From positions 1 through 38,972 of the forward strand of contig JBBDRF010000039.1 in assembly GCA_040905565.1 (NCBI GenBank): a DNA stretch of 38,972 nucleotides, read 5' to 3'. The notes below the pieces were generated by a model. That model did not search any database, was not told the origin of the DNA, and saw nothing but the letters and a program-made list of their open reading frames with translations. This document shows, piece by piece, positions 30,455-38,972 of the stretch (within the stretch, counting starts at the first letter, position 1; every line of letters starts with the position of its first letter). A program made the translations under genes and the position numbers. Origin of the DNA: Phycisphaeraceae bacterium (lineage in GTDB: Bacteria > Planctomycetota > Phycisphaerae > Phycisphaerales > Zrk34).

Positions 30455-31816
30455 ATGGAAACGAGCATGTCAGAAGTCACTTCGGAGTCGGTGCAGGGGC
30501 CGGTCGCACGTTGGAAAAAGGCGATCGCTGAGCGGACCACGGTCATCGGCGTCGTCGGGATGGGCTACGTGGGGCTGCCGCTGACGCGCGCGTTTCACGA
30601 TGCGGGGATGAAGACGATCGGCTTCGACGTCGACGCGAACAAGATCGCCGCCCTCAGCGAAGGTCGGTCTTACCTCAAGCACCTCGGTGACGATTTCGTC
30701 GAAGAGATGGCGCAGTCCGGCCGTTACACCGGCACGACCGATTTCTCACGCTTAGGCGAGGCGGACGCCGTACTTGTCTGCGTCCCCACGCCCCTCGGTC
30801 AGCACCAGGAACCGGACCTCAGCTTCGTCGAGGCCACCTCCGACGCCATCGCGGCCGCGCTTCGGCCGGGGCAGTTGATCGTGCTCGAATCCACCACCTA
30901 TCCCGGCACCACGCGCGAGATCATGCTGCCCCGCCTCGAGGCACACGGCCTGCGCTGCGGCAAAGACTTCTTCCTCGCCTACTCACCCGAGCGTGAAGAT
31001 CCCGGCCGAAAAGATCTCAACACCAGCAGCATCCCCAAACTCGTCGGCGGCATCGACGACGCCAGCGGCGACATCGCGACGGAGCTTTATCGCCTCGCCG
31101 TGAAGAAGGTGATCCCCGTGAAGTCGGCCGAGGTGGCCGAGGCGGCGAAGCTGCTGGAGAACATCTACCGGGCCGTGAACATCGCGCTGGTTAATGAGCT
31201 GAAACGCGTCTTTACCGCGATGAATATCGACATATGGGAAGTAATCGACGCGGCCTCCACTAAGCCCTTTGGCTTCCAGGCTTTCTATCCCGGTCCGGGC
31301 CTCGGCGGGCACTGCATCCCGATCGACCCGTTCTACCTCACCTGGCGTGCGCACGAAGTCGGCCTGCCCACGCGGTTCATCGAATTGGCGGGGCAGGTGA
31401 ACCACGCGATGCCTGATTATGTCGTGCAGCGGACGATGCTTGCGCTGAACGATCGTGGCAAGGCCGTGAGCCAGTCGCGGATTCTGGTGCTCGGCCTGGC
31501 CTACAAACCCAACGTCGATGACGTCCGCGAAAGCCCCGCCTTCGAGCTGATCGTGAAACTCAAGAAGCTCGGCGCCGCGGTCGACTACAACGACCCCCAC
31601 GTCCCCGCGACCCACCGCATGCGCGACTACGACCTGCAGATGCAGAGCGTGCCGCTGACGGAAGAGTCGCTGCGTGAGTACGACTGCGTGCTGATCGCGA
31701 CCAATCATGCTGCTTACGACTGGACGATGATCGCCGATCATGCTGCGTTGGTGGTCGACACGCGCGGTGCGATGCGTGAGCTCCAAGAGGGGCGCGACAA
31801 CATCGTCACGGCCTGA
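30455..31816 (+). CDS. wbpA: Nucleotide-sugar dehydrogenase, UDP-N-acetylhexosamine 6-dehydrogenase (WbpA/WecC type)
   Basis: GMGYVGLP, CVPTP, LESTTYPGTT, SPEREDPG, KLLENIYR, GGHCIPIDP, RESP. Exact substrate not determinable from sequence. Confidence 0.88.
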   Translation: METSMSEVTSESVQGPVARWKKAIAERTTVIGVVGMGYVGLPLTRAFHDAGMKTIGFDVDANKIAALSEGRSYLKHLGDDFVEEMAQSGRYTGTTDFSRLGEADAVLVCVPTPLGQHQEPDLSFVEATSDAIAAALRPGQLIVLESTTYPGTTREIMLPRLEAHGLRCGKDFFLAYSPEREDPGRKDLNTSSIPKLVGGIDDASGDIATELYRLAVKKVIPVKSAEVAEAAKLLENIYRAVNIALVNELKRVFTAMNIDIWEVIDAASTKPFGFQAFYPGPGLGGHCIPIDPFYLTWRAHEVGLPTRFIELAGQVNHAMPDYVVQRTMLALNDRGKAVSQSRILVLGLAYKPNVDDVRESPAFELIVKLKKLGAAVDYNDPHVPATHRMRDYDLQMQSVPLTEESLREYDCVLIATNHAAYDWTMIADHAALVVDTRGAMRELQEGRDNIVTA

Positions 31817-31837
31817 CCTTTCACCTGCCGAGGTGCC

Positions 31838-33913
31838 ATGCGAACCGGCCTCGTTATCGCTTTGCTGCTCGTGTTGGCAACGGCTCTGAATACGTTGCTT
31901 CCGGATTTAACCTCGCCCCGTCGCGCCGACGCCGGCCCGATTCCTTCGAACCCGATGCAGGCGCTGCGCGAAGCGGTGTCGCTGCTTGAGCAGGATGAGC
32001 AGCCGGAGCGAATGCGGGAGTTACTGGCTTCGGCGGTGGATGGGCTGCCGGAGAACAGCGAGGTTCGGCTGACCGCGTCGGTGCTGCATCAACAGATCAC
32101 CGGGCAATATGCTGAGCGACTGAAGCCGTGGCTCGACCGCGAAGTGGTTGATGTGGTGGTGCTGGTTGATGATGAGATCAGCTTCATCGACGCGGTGAAT
32201 CAGTGGACGCCCGAGCGGTTCTGGCCGGTGTTGATGGCTGACGACTGGTTCACGCCGCTGTTCGTGGAAGCCTTTCGGCCGGCGCGCGTGGTGCGGTATC
32301 GCTCGGATGCCGCGGCCGATGCCGATGGCGAGGCGGCGCTGCGTCACCTGGCTTTGGCGGTGCGGACGCAAAATGAAGGGGTGATCGCGCGGAAGGAAGC
32401 TGGCGAGTCGCTGCCTGCGCCGGGGCTGGTGGTGCTTGATCCGCATGGGCGGCAGGGGTTGGCGGGGTATGCATTGGCCGTCGCGCATCAGCAGCCGATT
32501 CTTGCGATGAAGGCTGAGGGATCGGTCGGACGGGTCACCAGAGAAGCGAACGTCCTCGAGATGAACCATCGCATCATGCGCGCGATGAACGGCACGGGGC
32601 TGCTGACCGATGACAACTGGGCGGCGATCACCCTGGCGGGCGATTACCCGTACAAATATGAGGTGCCGGGGGGCGATGAGAATCCGCTGAGCGTGGACGA
32701 TCGCCTTGGGCGTGATGATGGTTTGGCGCGGCGGGCGTTCACGGGGCGGCTGCTGGGCGACGCCGTGCAGGCGGTTTACCAGGCGATGGGTTCGCTTTTC
32801 ATTCAGCCGGAACGGCCGTTGCTGTTGAACGGGTACTGGAGCCGTAAGGATCCGACACGGGCGCAGGCGAAGGCGTGGTATCACCTGACGAACGTGGCGG
32901 AGCATCTGGGCGAGCGTTACGAGGTGACGCTGATTCAGAACGATCGGCAGGCGGCGGCGACGTTTCAGCAGCACGTGAACCCTTCGCCTCAGTTTGATAT
33001 GTGGTGGGTGAATTCGGCTCATGGGACTTCGGTTCTGGAGATGCCGGGTGAGCAGTTTTACGTGGACGACACGCCGCTTGGTCGGGCGATGCCGATGTAT
33101 GTGGTCGCGAGTTTCTCGGCACGTGATCCTTGGAACGAAAAGCAGCTTGCGGGGCTGGCGCTGCGTGGCGGGGCGTTCTGGTACTTCGGTTCAATGCACG
33201 AGCCTTACCTGCAGGCGTTCGTGCAATCGAACATGCTCATTAACCGGATGGCGCCGGGGACGCCGTTGGGCGCGGCGGCGCGGCAGACGTCCGGCGACCG
33301 GTTCGGCAGGCCTTGGAAGTTGATGCTGATCGGCGATCCGTTGTTCACGCTGCGACCTGAGCCGGCCGTTCGGGTGGCGGGTGAGGATGTGGCCGGCGAG
33401 GCGGTGGACTACGGCGCGGTTCCCGAGGATGCTTCGCTGGGGGATCGGCTGGATGCCGCTTTGCTGACACGGCATCCTGACGCGATCGGGCCGCTGCTTG
33501 ATGAGGCTTTGGCGGACTTTGCTTCGCTTACGTATGAGCAACGTGCGCACGTGGTGCGTCTGCTTCATCAGCAGAATCGCGGCGATGCGGTGCTTGATTT
33601 GCCGCACGAACAGATCGAGCGACATCCGGTTTCGGTCACGCTGATGCGACGGCTTCTACGCCAACGCTTCATGGCGCAGCTTGGCGCGAATGAGCTCGAA
33701 GCGGCGCAGCGTTCGCTGATCGAGCTACACGAACTTTCGATCAGCGCTGGGCACTACAAAGTTTGTGCGAAGCGGTGGCTTGTGGCGATGCACGAAGCGG
33801 ACCGGGGAACGGAGGGTGAGCGCTTTCTTCGGTTGCATACTGAGACGCACGGCTCGAAGTATCAACAAACGTTGATTGAAGACGCAATCAAGTCGGCGGC
33901 GGAGGCGAACTGA
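31838..33913 (+). CDS. Secreted hypothetical protein with TIGR03790-like / caspase-hemoglobinase-fold-like domain
   Basis: GAGG RBS, signal peptide; GRL.G, NSAHG, YFGSMHEPYL.AF, G.PLG.A, W...LIGDPL; helical C-terminus. Confidence 0.7.
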   Translation: MRTGLVIALLLVLATALNTLLPDLTSPRRADAGPIPSNPMQALREAVSLLEQDEQPERMRELLASAVDGLPENSEVRLTASVLHQQITGQYAERLKPWLDREVVDVVVLVDDEISFIDAVNQWTPERFWPVLMADDWFTPLFVEAFRPARVVRYRSDAAADADGEAALRHLALAVRTQNEGVIARKEAGESLPAPGLVVLDPHGRQGLAGYALAVAHQQPILAMKAEGSVGRVTREANVLEMNHRIMRAMNGTGLLTDDNWAAITLAGDYPYKYEVPGGDENPLSVDDRLGRDDGLARRAFTGRLLGDAVQAVYQAMGSLFIQPERPLLLNGYWSRKDPTRAQAKAWYHLTNVAEHLGERYEVTLIQNDRQAAATFQQHVNPSPQFDMWWVNSAHGTSVLEMPGEQFYVDDTPLGRAMPMYVVASFSARDPWNEKQLAGLALRGGAFWYFGSMHEPYLQAFVQSNMLINRMAPGTPLGAAARQTSGDRFGRPWKLMLIGDPLFTLRPEPAVRVAGEDVAGEAVDYGAVPEDASLGDRLDAALLTRHPDAIGPLLDEALADFASLTYEQRAHVVRLLHQQNRGDAVLDLPHEQIERHPVSVTLMRRLLRQRFMAQLGANELEAAQRSLIELHELSISAGHYKVCAKRWLVAMHEADRGTEGERFLRLHTETHGSKYQQTLIEDAIKSAAEAN

Positions 33914-33964
33914 GGCGGAGAAGAAGGGACAACGACAGGGGCACGGAGGGGGAGTAGTCCTCTT

Positions 33965-34042
33965 GTGTGCCACTGGTGGCTTGTCCACCAGTGCTCGGGC
34001 CGTGCGTCAAAAACACTGGTGGGCAAGCCACCATTGGCACAC
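33965..34042. repeat. REP-like inverted doublet (family B', GTGTGCC-led)
   Basis: 29-bp arms 33965-33993 and 34014-34042, 27/29 reverse-complementary; each has an internal CACTGGTGG...CCACCAGTG hairpin; 20-bp spacer. Confidence 0.85.
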
Positions 34043-34056
34043 TGCTCGGCGCACGA

Positions 34057-34079
34057 CCGCTCCCTTACGGTCGCGGCTC
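34057..34079 (-). repeat. REP-like family A, copy 2
   Basis: CCGCTCCCTTACGGTCGCGGCTC, matching 3441-3463. Confidence 0.8.
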
Positions 34080-34092
34080 GTGATCGGTGTTT

Positions 34093-36831
34093 TTACTGAA
34101 CGGCGGGGGCTTCGGGTTGTTCGTCGTGCAGGAAGCGGTCGACGGGGGCGGTGGGGTCGAGTTCGCGGGCGCGCTCGGCGGCTTCGTGGGCTTCGGCACT
34201 GCGCTCCATGCGTGAGAGCAGGGCTGCGAGGCGGGTGTGGTGCAGGGCGCGGTCGTCTTCGATCCATGTCAGTGCCCGTAGATGTTGCAGCGCCGTTTCG
34301 TAATCCTGCCGCTGCATGGCGATGGTGGCCGCTGCTTCGCGGAGCGAGGGATCGTACGGCTGGCGGTAGAGCGCGCGGTGGGCGGCATGCTGGGCGTTAT
34401 CCAGTTCATCAAGATCACGATAGAGTTGCATGAGGCGGACGGCGTGGACGCCTCGGTCCTGGTCGAGCAGGTCGAGCGTTTTGATGTGTGCGACGGCATC
34501 GGCCTTCTGATCCATGCGCAGCGCGATTTCGGCAAGTTGGCGATCGGCCCAGGGATCGATCGGGCGGGCGGCGGCGTACTGCTGCAGGGCCTGCTGGGCT
34601 TGCTGATCGTCGCCGGCTGCGAGCATTTTTTCCGCGTGAAGCTTGAGCAGTTCAGGGTGATCGGGATGCTCTTCGAGCAGCGCGGCCATGGCCTTTTCGG
34701 GGCCGTCGGGCGAGCCTTGCACTTTGATGATGATCTGCTCGATCGAAGGCTCGGGGGCGAGGCCCCAGGCGGTGACTTCATCATGCGCCCATGCGAAGAA
34801 CGCTTGGAGGAAATCGTCGGCGGACTCGCCGGTGGCTTCGGGGACGACGCGGTCGGGGGCGGTGCCGGCCTGGCTTAGCTGCATCATCTTGAGGATCGTT
34901 TCGTGGCCGAATCGTTCGGTGATGTATTGGTACATCCAGTGGCTCTGGGCGTAGGCGAGCTGGCGATCCTGCGGGCGCTTGGGACGGACGAACGCCCAGT
35001 TGATTTCCTGGAGGTTGAACAGTTCGTCGTCGGCGAGTGAGGTGGCGAGCAGTTGGGCGGTCTGGTAATCGCGCGGCCCGATCTCCTGTGCAACGGCGGC
35101 GGCTTCGGTGAACCAGTGCGGCACGCGGTTGCCGGTCTGGCTGAGGTTGACGGTGTGGGTGTATTCGTGACGGATCACGCGTTCCCAATCGAAGGGGCCG
35201 TACTGGTTGCGGCCTTCGCGCGGGGGGGTGATGGCGATGACGGGGCCGGTGCAGGCGCCGACGGTCCAGATGCCGGGCATGCCGGTGATGCGGACGGCGA
35301 AGGAGCGGCGATCGGGCAGAATTTCGATCAGGGTTTTGCGCTCGGGGTGATGCTGGAAGACGTCGGTGACATCGCGGTAGATATCTTCGAGGGGGCCGGG
35401 CATGTCGTGGGCGAGGGCTGCGTCGATGCCTGCTTTGTACAGGATGATGAAGTGGTCGGTTTCCAGCTGTTCGTAGCCGGTCATGTTCTCGAGGAGGGTG
35501 ACGGTGTTGTTGGCGCGTTTGTTGAAGGGGTCGAGTTCGGTGACGCGGAGGAGGACCTTGAGGGCTTCGGCTTCACGGCCGTCCTGACTGAGCAGCAGGC
35601 CGAGCTCGATGCGCGGGGCAGGCCAGTTGGGCTGACGTTCGACGGCCTGGAGGAGCATGGCGGTGCCGTCTTCGTACTGCCGGGCGAGCGAGAGATATTT
35701 GCCGGTGATGAAGTAGGCGAGCGGATCGTCGCCGGCTGCTTCGGCGTAGCGCGCGAGGGCCTGCTCGGTGGCGGCTTCGTCGTAGTGGAGGGCGGCGACG
35801 GCGGCGGCGCTGGCGAGCAGGTGACGATGGTTGGGCCAGCGTTCGAGGGCGGCGTCGAGCACTTCCTGGGCGGCGTGGGGATCACGCTGGGCGAGATAGC
35901 TTTCAATCTCGAGCACGTCGGCGAGGACGTGGTCTTCCTGGATGGTTCGAAGTTGGGTGACGACCTCGGCGAGGCCGTCGAAGTTGAAGCCCATGATGCT
36001 GACGCGGCCGAGGAGGTACCACGCTTCGGAGGAGTTCGGGTTCAGCGTCAACGCCTGCTGGATGGCGCCGACGGCTTCCTGGGGATTGTCCTTGTCGAGC
36101 ATCAGCTGAGCCTGTGCGACGATGGCGGGCCAGTGGAGGCGATCGACCTGCTGGGTGACGCGGTCGAGCGTGTTCATGATGAAGTGGTAATCGGCGGCGG
36201 GCCTGCCTTCGAGCACGGCGAGTCGGGCCATGGCCTCGGCGGCGGCGGTGATGTCTTCCGCGCTGGTGAGTTCGTCGGCGCGGAGTGCGGCCCGCAAGGG
36301 GGTGAGGGCCTCGACGGCTTCATCGAACTGGCCGAGTCCTTCGTGGGCGAGGCCGAGCAGGAGCTTGGCGCGGGGCTCGTCGCGATCGGTGAGCAGTTCG
36401 ACGGCCTGTTGCATGTCGCCTCGGAGGACGGCTGCTTCGGCGCGGATGAGGGCAGGGGTATCGGCGGCGTTCAGATGTTCGTGATCGAGATCGTATTGGG
36501 CGAGCAGGGCAGCGGGGGTTTGGCGGTTTTCGTCGGTGAGTTCATCGAACAGGCCGTGGAAGATGCGGAGCTCGGTGCGCTCTTGTTCGGTGAGCAGGTC
36601 GTCATCAACGATGGAGCGAACCGCACCGCTGACGCCCCCCGCTTCGCCGAGGAGCTGTTGGAGCTGTTCGTTTTCGGGGGAGGGTTCGGCGGATCGCTCG
36701 AGCAGTTCGCCGCCGACGCGGTCGGGATCGTCAGGCGTTTCGGTGTTGGCGATGCCGGGCGTGGTGAGCAGGAGCGTGGCGGCGAGGAGCGTGGCCGTCC
36801 ACGCTGTGACGGTGCGTTGCTTTGCGGTCAT
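34093..36831 (-). CDS. Secreted TPR protein with central peptidase MA (gluzincin-like) domain
   Basis: Signal peptide from ATG 36831; TPR helices on both sides; IRHEYTH followed by VPHWFTE and AYAQS. Confidence 0.85.
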   Translation of the reverse strand: MTAKQRTVTAWTATLLAATLLLTTPGIANTETPDDPDRVGGELLERSAEPSPENEQLQQLLGEAGGVSGAVRSIVDDDLLTEQERTELRIFHGLFDELTDENRQTPAALLAQYDLDHEHLNAADTPALIRAEAAVLRGDMQQAVELLTDRDEPRAKLLLGLAHEGLGQFDEAVEALTPLRAALRADELTSAEDITAAAEAMARLAVLEGRPAADYHFIMNTLDRVTQQVDRLHWPAIVAQAQLMLDKDNPQEAVGAIQQALTLNPNSSEAWYLLGRVSIMGFNFDGLAEVVTQLRTIQEDHVLADVLEIESYLAQRDPHAAQEVLDAALERWPNHRHLLASAAAVAALHYDEAATEQALARYAEAAGDDPLAYFITGKYLSLARQYEDGTAMLLQAVERQPNWPAPRIELGLLLSQDGREAEALKVLLRVTELDPFNKRANNTVTLLENMTGYEQLETDHFIILYKAGIDAALAHDMPGPLEDIYRDVTDVFQHHPERKTLIEILPDRRSFAVRITGMPGIWTVGACTGPVIAITPPREGRNQYGPFDWERVIRHEYTHTVNLSQTGNRVPHWFTEAAAVAQEIGPRDYQTAQLLATSLADDELFNLQEINWAFVRPKRPQDRQLAYAQSHWMYQYITERFGHETILKMMQLSQAGTAPDRVVPEATGESADDFLQAFFAWAHDEVTAWGLAPEPSIEQIIIKVQGSPDGPEKAMAALLEEHPDHPELLKLHAEKMLAAGDDQQAQQALQQYAAARPIDPWADRQLAEIALRMDQKADAVAHIKTLDLLDQDRGVHAVRLMQLYRDLDELDNAQHAAHRALYRQPYDPSLREAAATIAMQRQDYETALQHLRALTWIEDDRALHHTRLAALLSRMERSAEAHEAAERARELDPTAPVDRFLHDEQPEAPAVQ

Positions 36832-36872
36832 CAAGGTCGCTCCATCGGAGTGGTGTGAGGCCGGTGGGCGGT

Positions 36873-37697
36873 TCAGCCTTCGTAGGGTGTGATTTCGACG
36901 CGCCAACCGCTGCCGGAGTCGGGAGCGGTGACGTCGAATCGCTCAGCGATCTGCTGCTTGCTCATCTCGTCGACTTCTTTGTCGTACAGGGCGACGGTGG
37001 TGCGGTGATGGCCCTGCCTTGTTTCGACGCGCTCGGGCAGGAGGGTTTCGCGATGGAACCACATGTCGACGCGATCGAAATCGGCTTCGCCGTCGCCACG
37101 TGGAACGTCGTCGCGGGGGGTGAGTTTGAGATGCACGAGGTGCTCGTGGTCGGGCTCGGGCTCGATGAGTTCGACGTTGAAACGGGCGAGGACGTCGTCG
37201 CGGCGTTGGCCGATGGGCATGGGGAAGGGGCCGTCGACCTGCAGTGGATCGAACGATTCGCCGGGCGGCACGACCTGACGCTTCTGGAACAGCTTGCGGT
37301 CGGGCTGTTTTTCGACGAGCCATTCGCCGTCGAAGATGAAGTGGCGATCCTGCTGCCGCAAGGCGTCGTCGATCACCAGCTGATTGAAATGGACGGCGAA
37401 GCGGGCGGGCTGGTCGTCCTCGTCATCGGCGGCGACGTACCAGAGCTTGCCGATGCGGACCTGCTCCTCGCCGAGCAGTTCGTCGACGCGGGCATAGCTG
37501 ACGCTGCCGGTGAGTGTGCGGATGGCCTGTCCTCGTTCCTCAAGCTGATCGAGCCAGTCGACGACCTGCGGATCGGCCTCCGGCGCGGGGGCCTCGGCGA
37601 AGACGCCCCCCCACTCGCCCCCCCACTTCCCGCCCCACGGGGCGAGCATCGTCAGCAGCATTACGAAGGCGATCGCGTTGAACCTTGAAATAGTCAT
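36873..37697 (-). CDS. LolA-like periplasmic carrier-fold protein
   Basis: Signal peptide; IRTLTG..Y, GKLWY, FIFDGEWL, LKLTPR, VDMWF....LLP pattern of the LolA superfamily. Confidence 0.7.
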   Translation of the reverse strand: MTISRFNAIAFVMLLTMLAPWGGKWGGEWGGVFAEAPAPEADPQVVDWLDQLEERGQAIRTLTGSVSYARVDELLGEEQVRIGKLWYVAADDEDDQPARFAVHFNQLVIDDALRQQDRHFIFDGEWLVEKQPDRKLFQKRQVVPPGESFDPLQVDGPFPMPIGQRRDDVLARFNVELIEPEPDHEHLVHLKLTPRDDVPRGDGEADFDRVDMWFHRETLLPERVETRQGHHRTTVALYDKEVDEMSKQQIAERFDVTAPDSGSGWRVEITPYEG

Positions 37698-37865
37698 GGT
37701 TTTATCCTAATCGTCGTTCACCATCCCCGCCATTGGGATACGATGATGGCAGCCTGGGGGTTCTTCCTACCCCGCACTTGCTGTGAAGCCCGCATCGGCC
37801 TTTAATGCGTGCAAGGCAACGCTGGCCGGTGCCGCTCGATTTTTTCCGACCATGAAGGGACGCGG

Positions 37866-38972
37866 ATGCAGACCGAAAGTTTCTGGCAACACTGGAAAAT
37901 CGCTGAAGACCCTTTCCGAGCCGAGGAAGCGCGGGACGATCCCGTGTTCATGAGGCTGGTCAATACGAAGATCACGCATCCGGATTTCCACAAAATCTAC
38001 GGTCAGCCCGATCGGCCCAGTGCTGCGGTGGTGTTCGGCGAGAAAGGCAGCGGCAAAACGGCGTTGCGGCTGTTGATGGAGCGGAAGTTCGCCGAGCACA
38101 ATGCTGCCCATCCTGACCGCCGTGCGTGGGTGGCGCGGTACGACGACTGGAACCCAGTGCTCGATCGCTTCGCCAACGCTGTCGCGCCGGGCAACGATGC
38201 CGATCTCGCGACGCTCAAACGCTTCACGCTGGCGGACCATCAGGACACAATTCTTTCGCTGACGGTCACGCGGCTGGTGGACACGGTCCTCGGTGAGCGT
38301 AAGGACGAGCTAGCGACGGGGGAGATTCAAAAGCGTCTACGGAAGATGCCGCGCGGCAAGCGGGTGGATCTGGCAACGCTGGCGGCCCTTTACGATCAAC
38401 CGCGGACGGGTCATTTCGTGCCGCGCTGGTCGAAGCTGAAGCGGATGCTGGGCATCGGCTGGTTCCCCAAAATGGCGCTGGCCAAGTGGGGCGGCTTCGT
38501 GGCGCTGATCGCGGCGGTCGTCCTCTGGCTTGTCGGTCAGTTCACTGAGGCCGAGACGGGGCCGCCGCAGGTGCAGCTGGTGCTGGTGGGCGTGCTGCTG
38601 GTGCTCGCAGTTGGGCTGCTGGGCTACTGGGCGTGGCGCAGCATGGGGCTGTGGTCGCTGGCGCGGAAGATTCGGCGTCAGCTTCGCACGGTCGATCGGC
38701 ACAACGGCGACCTCAAGCACGTCCTCGCCCGCATTCCCGCCAGCGATCTCAGTGCGGAGCCGTTGCCGCTGCCGCACGCCGAAGACAGCCGCTATCAGCT
38801 CACGCTGCGGATGCTGGACCTGCTCGAAGAGCTCGGCTACCGCGGGTTGGTCGTGCTGGTCGATCGTGTCGATGAGCCGGCGGTGGTCAACGGCGACGCC
38901 CAGAAGATGCGTGCCATCATCTGGCCCATGCTCAACAACAAGTTCCTTCAGCAGGATCGCGTGGGCGTGAAG
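37866..38972 (+). CDS. Membrane P-loop NTPase (KAP-like architecture), truncated by window end; absent from ORF track
   Basis: Open frame of 369 codons from ATG 37866 (MQTESFWQHW...PF.AEEA). Walker A GEKGSGKT 38037-38060, two TM helices, Walker B VVLVDRVDE 38850-38876. Confidence 0.85.
   Translation, partial: MQTESFWQHWKIAEDPFRAEEARDDPVFMRLVNTKITHPDFHKIYGQPDRPSAAVVFGEKGSGKTALRLLMERKFAEHNAAHPDRRAWVARYDDWNPVLDRFANAVAPGNDADLATLKRFTLADHQDTILSLTVTRLVDTVLGERKDELATGEIQKRLRKMPRGKRVDLATLAALYDQPRTGHFVPRWSKLKRMLGIGWFPKMALAKWGGFVALIAAVVLWLVGQFTEAETGPPQVQLVLVGVLLVLAVGLLGYWAWRSMGLWSLARKIRRQLRTVDRHNGDLKHVLARIPASDLSAEPLPLPHAEDSRYQLTLRMLDLLEELGYRGLVVLVDRVDEPAVVNGDAQKMRAIIWPMLNNKFLQQDRVGVK

Noticed and set aside
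35053..36858. 601-aa plus-strand ORF, and similar long antisense ORFs at 1564-2793, 5450-6451, 6488-7801, 13862-15163, 15915-16937, 32021-33022
   Set aside because: Shadow frames opposite well-supported genes in high-GC DNA; no recognisable motifs.
37767..38970. ORF-track entries 37767-38240(-), 38337-38777(-), 38530-38970(+)
   Set aside because: Overlap the real stop-less NTPase frame starting at 37866.

Overview
High-GC bacterial chromosomal window, almost certainly Planctomycetota and probably Phycisphaerae. The assignment rests on the PSCyt1-DUF1549-DUF1553 + DUF1501 pair, a DUF1559-like protein and a dnaN with no dnaA beside it. About 27 real CDS are present. Housekeeping genes are dnaN, thrC, purB, tpx and glmS. 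Other genes include two transporters, two ECF sigma factors each followed by a membrane-anchored partner, a short NusG-paralogue/nucleotide-sugar dehydrogenase operon, several secreted or envelope proteins, and a right-truncated membrane P-loop NTPase that the ORF track missed. No rRNA, tRNA, CRISPR array, transposase or integrase was seen. Most notable: (1) a putative anti-sigma factor whose membrane and outer part is a pilin-like DUF1559 module with a retained G(-1)/E(+5) prepilin pattern; (2) at least four families of REP-like hairpins, several as inverted doublets with compensatory base changes, mixed in intergenic mosaics and sharing an (A/T)G-CC foot; (3) a FabF paralogue with all three catalytic residues apparently replaced; (4) a TIGR03790/caspase-fold-like secreted protein ending the NusG-paralogue operon. 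Family names come from motif recognition by eye; no searches were run.
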